Positions 58,246-64,000 of a DNA stretch of 64,000 bases are shown here, in pieces. Source of the stretch: an uncultured Chloroflexia bacterium (GTDB taxonomy: Bacteria; Chloroflexota; Anaerolineae; Anaerolineales; Anaerolineaceae). The DNA lies in assembly GCA_963843535.1 (NCBI GenBank), contig CAWJKU010000003.1, positions 192,156-256,155 on the forward strand, written 5' to 3'. The notes below the pieces were generated by a model. The model was given only the letters and a program-made list of their open reading frames with translations, was not told the DNA's origin and did not search any database. Position 1 is the first letter of the stretch, and the number at the start of each line of letters is the position of its first letter. The position numbers were made by a program, and so were the translations under genes.

Positions 58246-59601
58246 ATGGCAAAATCCCAGACTTCATGCCCGCGTTGCAAACAGCCCGTACTCGTAGAAA
58301 TGGAACAGCTTTTCGATGCGGGAGCCGATCCTGAGGCCAAACAGCGCCTGCTCTCCGGCCAATATAACTTGATCCAGTGCCAAAGTTGTGGCTATGTCGG
58401 CAATCTCAGCACCCCCCTGGTGTACCATGATCCTGCCAAAGAACTGCTGCTGACCTTTTTCCCACCCGATCTTGGCGTGCCCATAAACGAACAGGAACGG
58501 ATGATCGGGCCAATGATCAATCAGGTGGTGAACCGCCTGCCGAATGAGAAACGTAAGGCATATTTGCTCCGCCCGCGGACCATGTTCACCATGCAGACAA
58601 TGGTCGAAACCATTCTGCAGGCGGATGGGATCACTAAGGAAATGTTAGATGCCCAGCAGAAGCGCCTGGGGCTGCTCCAGCGGTTGATGTCCACACCCGA
58701 CCCGGCTGCCCGGGTGGAAATTATCAAGCAGGAAACGGCGTTGATTGATGAGAATTTCTTCACCATCCTCAGCCGGCTGGGCGAGGCATCGATGGCGCAG
58801 GGAGACCAGCAGATGGCGCGCTCCCTGGCAGCGATCCAGCAGGATGCATTGAATAACACAGAATTGGGCCAAAAATTAAGGACCCAGGCCAAGGAAACCG
58901 AGGCCGCCATCAAATCATTACAGGAAGCCAACCAAAAGGGCCTGACTCGCGAAACGCTGCTCGACCTGCTAACCGAAGCGAAATCAGAAACGACCCTTTT
59001 GACCCTGGTCAGCATGGCCCGTTCTGGTTTGGATTACCAATTCTTTCAGCTGCTCAGCGACCGGATCGAAAAAGCCGGGGAGGATGAAAAAGCCCGGCTG
59101 ATCGAATTGCGCGAAAAGCTGCTGGAAATGACGCAGGAAATTGACAAAGCCGTAAAGGCCCAATATGATTCCGCTCGGACACTGCTGGATAAAATTGCTT
59201 CCTCCCCGGATGTCAGCAAGGCCACCGAGGAAAATCTGGCCCAAATTTCCGATGTTTTTGTCGAAGTTTTGGATACCGAGATAAAACTTGCTCGTCAAAA
59301 GGCAGACCTGGACCGCTCGGGCAAGCTCAACACGATCTTAAACATTATCCAGGAGGCATCCGCCCCCCCACCAGAAGTGGAGTTTATCAACGACCTGGTT
59401 GAAGCCCAATCTGACGAAGACCGGCAAAAAATTCTCAACGAGCATGCCGAGATGATTACCCCGGAACTGCTCGACATGATGAACAATCTCATCGCGCAAA
59501 TGGACAAGCAAAACCAGCCAGCCGAGGTGAAAACCCAGGTAGAAAAGGCCTACCGGGCAGCCTTGCGTTTCTCGATGCAAGCCAGTATTAAGAAAGCATA
59601 A
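58246..59601 (+). CDS. CpXC-type zinc-ribbon protein with long helical C-terminal region
   Basis: 451 aa. N-terminal CPRCKQ...CQSCGY, the remainder Glu/Lys/Leu/Gln-rich helical. Confidence 0.55.
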   Translation: MAKSQTSCPRCKQPVLVEMEQLFDAGADPEAKQRLLSGQYNLIQCQSCGYVGNLSTPLVYHDPAKELLLTFFPPDLGVPINEQERMIGPMINQVVNRLPNEKRKAYLLRPRTMFTMQTMVETILQADGITKEMLDAQQKRLGLLQRLMSTPDPAARVEIIKQETALIDENFFTILSRLGEASMAQGDQQMARSLAAIQQDALNNTELGQKLRTQAKETEAAIKSLQEANQKGLTRETLLDLLTEAKSETTLLTLVSMARSGLDYQFFQLLSDRIEKAGEDEKARLIELREKLLEMTQEIDKAVKAQYDSARTLLDKIASSPDVSKATEENLAQISDVFVEVLDTEIKLARQKADLDRSGKLNTILNIIQEASAPPPEVEFINDLVEAQSDEDRQKILNEHAEMITPELLDMMNNLIAQMDKQNQPAEVKTQVEKAYRAALRFSMQASIKKA

Positions 59602-59610
59602 TTCAAAAAT

Positions 59611-59643
59611 AAAAAAAACGCCGGAAAACCCCGGCGTTTTTTA
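59611..59643. terminator. Bidirectional intrinsic terminator between convergent genes
   Basis: A8 - acgccgg (59618-59624) - aaaacc - ccggcgt (59631-59637) - T6. Confidence 0.75.
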
Positions 59644-59644
59644 T

Positions 59645-60310
59645 TTAATCCTGTGAATTATCCAGGCGTAGACCGTGACCGCGCACGGTGATAATATAGG
59701 CGTGCTCGGCATCGATGGATGCCAGGCGGTCGCGCAGCCGGCGAACCAACGCATCCAAGGCCTCTTCCGAAACACCCTCCGACTCGGATTCCCCCCAAAT
59801 GGAGTTTACTAATTCATCCCGCGGCACGACCTGCCCGCGGTGTTCGTATAGAGTGTGCAGCAGACGGAACTGCGGCAGTGAAAGCGGCGGCACAATTTCA
59901 TCCAAATCGATCCATACCCTGCGCGACCGGACATCCAGGAAAAGCCGTCCGCCCATCGGTTCCACCGGAAGCACCCCCTGACCAAGGGGCATCGTAGAAT
60001 CCGAGCTGAGGAACACGAAATTCTGAACCAGGGCAATTTGGATCAAACCCCCATCTTGGATATAGATGGGGCCATCCACGCGCTTACCTTCATAAAAGGT
60101 TCCATTTTTACTGCCAAGATCTTCCAGTAAAACGCCTTCTTCCTTTACCAGCAAACGCGCGTGAAACCTTGACACCTGGCGGTCTGGGACTACGACCACA
60201 CATGCATCATCTCGACCTATCGTTACCGCATCTTCGATTAACCAGCGTCCCCCATTTAAAGGTCCCGCCTGGCCAATTAAGACCGGAAGTTCGGCCCCCG
60301 TTTTTCCCAT
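59645..60310 (-). CDS. FHA domain fused to OmpR/PhoB-type winged-helix DNA-binding domain
   Basis: Start ATG 60310 after GGAGG. IGRDDACVVVVPDRQVSRFHARL...LGSKNGTF (FHA). C-terminal LSLPQFRLLHTLYEHRGQVVPRDELVNSIWG...ITVRGHGLRL (Trans_reg_C). Confidence 0.8.
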   Translation of the reverse strand: MGKTGAELPVLIGQAGPLNGGRWLIEDAVTIGRDDACVVVVPDRQVSRFHARLLVKEEGVLLEDLGSKNGTFYEGKRVDGPIYIQDGGLIQIALVQNFVFLSSDSTMPLGQGVLPVEPMGGRLFLDVRSRRVWIDLDEIVPPLSLPQFRLLHTLYEHRGQVVPRDELVNSIWGESESEGVSEEALDALVRRLRDRLASIDAEHAYIITVRGHGLRLDNSQD

Positions 60311-60455
60311 TCTTCGCCTCCGTTTCCTCTCTGCGGTATAATAAAGCACAAAGACGTTTTTGTGAAGTATTTCATCTCAGTTCGCCCCTTCCGGTACAAC
60401 GCCGAAAAAAAACCGACGGGCGATTAGTATATTTTACCGTTAAGGAACACAAATT

Positions 60456-61445
60456 ATGCCAGCTCCTCTCAAAACCGGAGAGGTCCTGCGGAATCGCTAT
60501 AAGATCCAAAGGATCATCGGACAGGGTGGGATGGGGTGCATTTATCTGGCGGACGATTTACGTTTGATAGGCCGCCAGTGCGCCCTCAAGGAAGTCGAAA
60601 ACGACCGCTCCTTGCCGCCCGAACTGCTTAGAGAGGCTCGCGATCAATTCTTGCGCGAGGCTACTGTGTTGGCGCGCCTGGACCATCCCAACCTGCCAAA
60701 AGTTTCGGATTTCTTTTCTGTCGGCAACCGTGATTACCTGGTGATGGATTTTGTACCAGGCAAAGACCTGCGCACATTGATGTTGGAAGCCAAACAGGCG
60801 TCTACCTATTTACCGGAAACTGAGGTGTTAAATTGGGCTGGGCAGTTATGTGATGCTCTCACCTACCTGCACAGCCAGGAGCCTCCCATTTTACACCGCG
60901 ACATCAAGCCCAGCAATCTGAAATTAACCCCCAGCGGGCTGCTCAAACTGGTCGATTTTGGCCTGGTGAAGGTGCTTGCACCGGGCGAGATAACCATTAC
61001 CGTTCTGCAAGGGCAGGGCACGGCTTTGTATACACCGCTCGAACAGTATGGGGGCGACTCAGGTCATACCGACGTCCGCAGCGATATTTACGCCTTTGCC
61101 TCGACCCTTTACCACTTGTTGACCAACCAGCCGCCCGCCGGTGCGCGCGAAAGGTTTCTGGATCCAGAGAACCTGGTTCCCATCCGCCAGATCAACTCCT
61201 CCGTCAGCCAGCGCACCGAGCGCGCGATCCTTTGGGCAATGAGCCTCCACCCGGATGAACGTCCCGAAGATGTCGACCAATTTCGTGAAAGCCTGCTAGG
61301 CGACCAGGTCACCCTGCCGCGACCGCCTGGCCGCATTGTGCGCGTCAGGATGAAGGATGTGCTGCGTGCTCGGCCTGAACGTGCGCTGCTCCTCATCACA
61401 GTTCTATTATCAATTCTCAGCCTGGTCGCCACCATCTTGCGGTAG
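60456..61445 (+). CDS. Ser/Thr protein kinase with C-terminal membrane anchor
   Basis: [26 protein letters not shown], hydrophobic tail [18 protein letters not shown]. Confidence 0.9.
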   Translation: MPAPLKTGEVLRNRYKIQRIIGQGGMGCIYLADDLRLIGRQCALKEVENDRSLPPELLREARDQFLREATVLARLDHPNLPKVSDFFSVGNRDYLVMDFVPGKDLRTLMLEAKQASTYLPETEVLNWAGQLCDALTYLHSQEPPILHRDIKPSNLKLTPSGLLKLVDFGLVKVLAPGEITITVLQGQGTALYTPLEQYGGDSGHTDVRSDIYAFASTLYHLLTNQPPAGARERFLDPENLVPIRQINSSVSQRTERAILWAMSLHPDERPEDVDQFRESLLGDQVTLPRPPGRIVRVRMKDVLRARPERALLLITVLLSILSLVATILR

Positions 61446-61586
61446 TTTTCAGCATTCCCCCTTTTCATCGTCCGCAACTGAAACTTTCATATTTTCTTCT
61501 GGCATAATCTATTGCCAGGATTTTTTGAGTATCTATCCAGAAATTGTTAGGATATTTTTGGGATAGGTTCCGAATAATTTTGTTCC

Positions 61587-61614
61587 TTGACTTTCTCGTC
61601 TTCTAATTTATAAT
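61587..61614 (+). promoter_or_regulatory. Predicted promoter of the rhodanese-sufE pair
   Basis: TTGACT (61587-61592), a 16-nt spacer, then TATAAT (61609-61614), in a markedly AT-rich spacer. Confidence 0.5.
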
Positions 61615-61651
61615 AATTAAGATATAAAAAATAAATAATTCGAGGAAAACT

Positions 61652-62503
61652 ATGACTCTTAATTATGCTCATCCTGAAGTTCTGGTAGAAACTGAGTGGG
61701 TAGCTGCCCATCTTGAGGATCCGAGTATTCGTCTGATTGAATCCGATGAAGATGCTCTGCTGTACGAAACCGGTCATATTCCGGGCGCTGTGAAAGTGGA
61801 TTGGTTTACAACTTTGCAGGCGCCGGTTTTGCGCGACTTTCTCACCAAGGCCAGTTTTGAACAGCTGTGTTCCAGCCTTGGGATCACCAACGACACAACC
61901 ATTATCTTTTATGGTGATAAAAACAATTGGTTTGCCTGTTATGCCTTCTGGTTGTTCGACTATTATGGGCATCAGAAACTACGTATCATGAACGGTGGCC
62001 GTTTAAAATGGATACAGGAAAAACGCCCGCTAACCAAAGAAGTGCCATCAGTCAACCATACCCTTTATATTGCCAAACCCCCGAAGACCGAAACCCGGGC
62101 TTTCAGGGATGACGTCTTCAACCAGATCGGACGAAAGCTTCCTTTGGTCGATGTACGTTCTCCCCAGGAATATTCCGGAGAGCTTCTTCACATGGCGAAT
62201 TACCCTCAGGAAGGCGCGATGCGCGGCGGGCACATTCTCGGCGCAGTGAATATCCCCTGGTCAAAGGCCGTGAACACCGAGCTTGGAACATTCCTCCCGG
62301 CAGGCGAGCTAAAAGCGCTATATGAGGGAAAAGGTATCACCCCGGATAAAGAAACGGTGGCTTACTGCCGGATTGGTGAGCGGAGCTCACTGACCTGGTT
62401 CGTGCTAAAATACCTGTTGGGTTACCCCCGTGTACGAAATTATGATGGTTCGTGGACCGAATGGGGTAATTTAGTTGGCGCCCCAATTGAGAAAGATGTG
62501 TAG
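61652..62503 (+). CDS. Two-domain rhodanese (thiosulfate/3-mercaptopyruvate sulfurtransferase)
   Basis: 283 aa. Active-site loop CRIGERSS in the second domain. Confidence 0.85.
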   Translation: MTLNYAHPEVLVETEWVAAHLEDPSIRLIESDEDALLYETGHIPGAVKVDWFTTLQAPVLRDFLTKASFEQLCSSLGITNDTTIIFYGDKNNWFACYAFWLFDYYGHQKLRIMNGGRLKWIQEKRPLTKEVPSVNHTLYIAKPPKTETRAFRDDVFNQIGRKLPLVDVRSPQEYSGELLHMANYPQEGAMRGGHILGAVNIPWSKAVNTELGTFLPAGELKALYEGKGITPDKETVAYCRIGERSSLTWFVLKYLLGYPRVRNYDGSWTEWGNLVGAPIEKDV

Positions 62504-62505
62504 TC

Positions 62506-62946
62506 GTGACCGCTAATGCTGAGATACCGGCCAGATTGGCGGAAATTGTAGAAGATTTCCGGTTCGCGGAAGGCCGCGAAAAGCTGGAACTGCTGCTGCA
62601 ATTTGCTGAAAGCCTCCCTGCGCTGCCCGCGAAGTATGCCGGAAAGTTAGCCGAAATGGAGGCCGTTCCGGAATGTATGTCACCGGTTTCTATCGCCGCT
62701 GAGTTGGTTGACGGCGGGATGGTTTATTACTTCGCCGTCCCGGAAGAATCACCTACCGTGCGCGGTTACGCTGCTATTCTGGCTGAAGGTTTGCGTGGCG
62801 CTTCACCTCAGCAGGTGATGCAGATCCCGGCGGACTTTTATTTGCAAATGGGGCTGCAAACGGTGCTGACTATCCAGCGGCTAAACGGCATGGCTGGGAT
62901 GGTCGCTCACATCAAACGACTGGCATTTGAAAGAATGACCGCATAA
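62506..62946 (+). CDS. SufE-like sulfur acceptor protein
   Basis: 146 aa. ...FRFAEGREKLELLLQFAE.LP......VPECMSPV... pattern of the SufE/CsdE family. Confidence 0.6.
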   Translation: MTANAEIPARLAEIVEDFRFAEGREKLELLLQFAESLPALPAKYAGKLAEMEAVPECMSPVSIAAELVDGGMVYYFAVPEESPTVRGYAAILAEGLRGASPQQVMQIPADFYLQMGLQTVLTIQRLNGMAGMVAHIKRLAFERMTA

Positions 62947-64000
62947 TTACGTCAAATTTTTATTTAAAAACGCTTTAATCCGCGGAATCTCAGACCCAAT
63001 GTGCTCGACCAGGGTGTCACCGCCTGTCAAGTCTCCGGCTTTAGCCTGCATCTCCAATTCCCTGGCGTAAGCGCCCAAGGGATCAGCCGCCAGGTTCAGC
63101 GCGGCTCCTTTAATATAATGAGCCAATTCGGCCAGGTTCTGGTAATCCTTCTGCTGATAGTATTCAACCATTTTTGGGTACCTTTGGTTAAGGTCAGCCA
63201 AAAAGTCCGATAAGAGCGATTTATAAATTTCTTTTTCACCCATCAAGCGCGACAGGCCGTTCTCCAAGTTGATGGGATCAGGTTGATCGTTTTCAATCAT
63301 CGTTTTCCGCGCACTATCTTCCACAGAATTCTCCGTTTGACGAAAGGCCCAATATTCGACCGCCGCCAGCACTTCTTTGGGATTGAGCGGCTTTGATATA
63401 TAACCGTCCATGCCGGCCTCAATACACCGTTCCTGGTCGCCTTTCATCGCGTAAGCCGTCATGGCGATGATCGGGATGTGTTTTCCGGGCTGTTCCTGCT
63501 GCCGGACTAAACGTGTAGCCTCCAGACCGCCTAAAACAGGCATCTGCACATCCATCAAGACCATTTGGTAATTTCCATGAAGCACTGCATTCACAGCTTG
63601 TTGACCGTCTCCCGCCACGTCCACTTTAAAACCAGATTTAGCCAGCATGATCACTGCCAATTTCTGATTAATCAGGTTATCCTCCGCCAATAAGATCCGC
63701 GCCTGGTGGCGCTGGCTTTCACTGAGCGTGTGGCGCGTCACCAGGTGAGGTGGCGGGGCATCCATTCCACCGGTTTCACTATTGGCTACGGTGACAATCG
63801 CCTCATGTAGTTGAGATTGCCGAATAGGCTTTAACAGGTAACCAGAACAACCCATCGCTTCCAGCCGATTTGCATCACCCCGTTGACCCATCGAAGTAAG
63901 GATGATCACCTTCGCCGGACGAGTGAGTGGATCGTCTTTAATCACTTTGAGCACCTCTTCGCCGTCCATGCCTGGCATTTGCATATCGAGAATGACCACC
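62947..64000 (-). CDS. REC-REC-HPt signalling protein, N-terminus beyond window edge
   Basis: The frame is open to the window end. LDMQMPGMDG (partial REC), a second REC with ILLAEDN...LMDVQMPVLGG, and C-terminal HPt HYIKGAALNLAA. Confidence 0.8.
   Translation of the reverse strand, partial: VVILDMQMPGMDGEEVLKVIKDDPLTRPAKVIILTSMGQRGDANRLEAMGCSGYLLKPIRQSQLHEAIVTVANSETGGMDAPPPHLVTRHTLSESQRHQARILLAEDNLINQKLAVIMLAKSGFKVDVAGDGQQAVNAVLHGNYQMVLMDVQMPVLGGLEATRLVRQQEQPGKHIPIIAMTAYAMKGDQERCIEAGMDGYISKPLNPKEVLAAVEYWAFRQTENSVEDSARKTMIENDQPDPINLENGLSRLMGEKEIYKSLLSDFLADLNQRYPKMVEYYQQKDYQNLAELAHYIKGAALNLAADPLGAYARELEMQAKAGDLTGGDTLVEHIGSEIPRIKAFLNKNLT

Noticed and set aside
61547-61972. 141-aa minus-strand ORF over the AT-rich spacer and the 5' end of the rhodanese gene
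   Set aside because: It is antisense to a CDS with a clear rhodanese active site. Its N-terminal part is a shadow frame and its C-terminal part runs through the AT-rich promoter region.

Overview
Moderately GC-rich bacterial chromosome segment. The gene content, T-box use and protein signatures suggest a Terrabacteria lineage, possibly Chloroflexota, but I cannot verify this here.

**Ribosomal array (about 1.3-22.9 kb).** This is one co-directional minus-strand array that fuses the str (rpsL-rpsG-fusA-tuf), S10, spc and alpha ribosomal operons plus truA-rplM-rpsI. I added rpmJ by hand because it is too short for the ORF track. infA is absent from its usual slot.

**rpoB (23.2-27.2 kb).** It stands alone with its own predicted promoter and terminator, with no rpoC or rplKAJL beside it. 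It is interrupted by a 1-nt frameshift.

**Accessory stretch (27.3-36 kb).**
- A metallophosphoesterase and a HAD hydrolase.
- A structured GC-rich repeat element.
- A tightly coupled six-gene operon: ABC ATPase, two RimJ/L-like GNATs, an ABC-2 permease and two double-GNAT proteins. It is preceded by a strong promoter, a 33-codon ORF and two tandem intrinsic terminators. This is the most interesting candidate system in the window.

**Remainder of the window.** rsmG, recF, def, a cNMP-binding/YdbT-like membrane protein, clpC, another GNAT, a DUF360 holin-like protein, a 1209-aa GT-C-like/NHL-repeat membrane protein, a T-box-controlled short alaS, rplS, a frameshifted PuuD-like amidotransferase, murI, the DUF3090/SCO1664 pair, a hom-like gene coupled to folK-folP, lpdA, a CpXC protein, an FHA-wHTH regulator divergent from a Ser/Thr kinase, a rhodanese-SufE pair and a partial REC-REC-HPt protein.

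**Not found.** No tRNA or rRNA genes, CRISPR arrays, transposases or prophage blocks.

**Caveat.** Two independent 1-nt frameshifts (rpoB and the amidotransferase) mean sequence quality must be questioned before drawing biological conclusions. All promoters, terminators and functions are predictions from reading the sequence; nothing was searched against databases.
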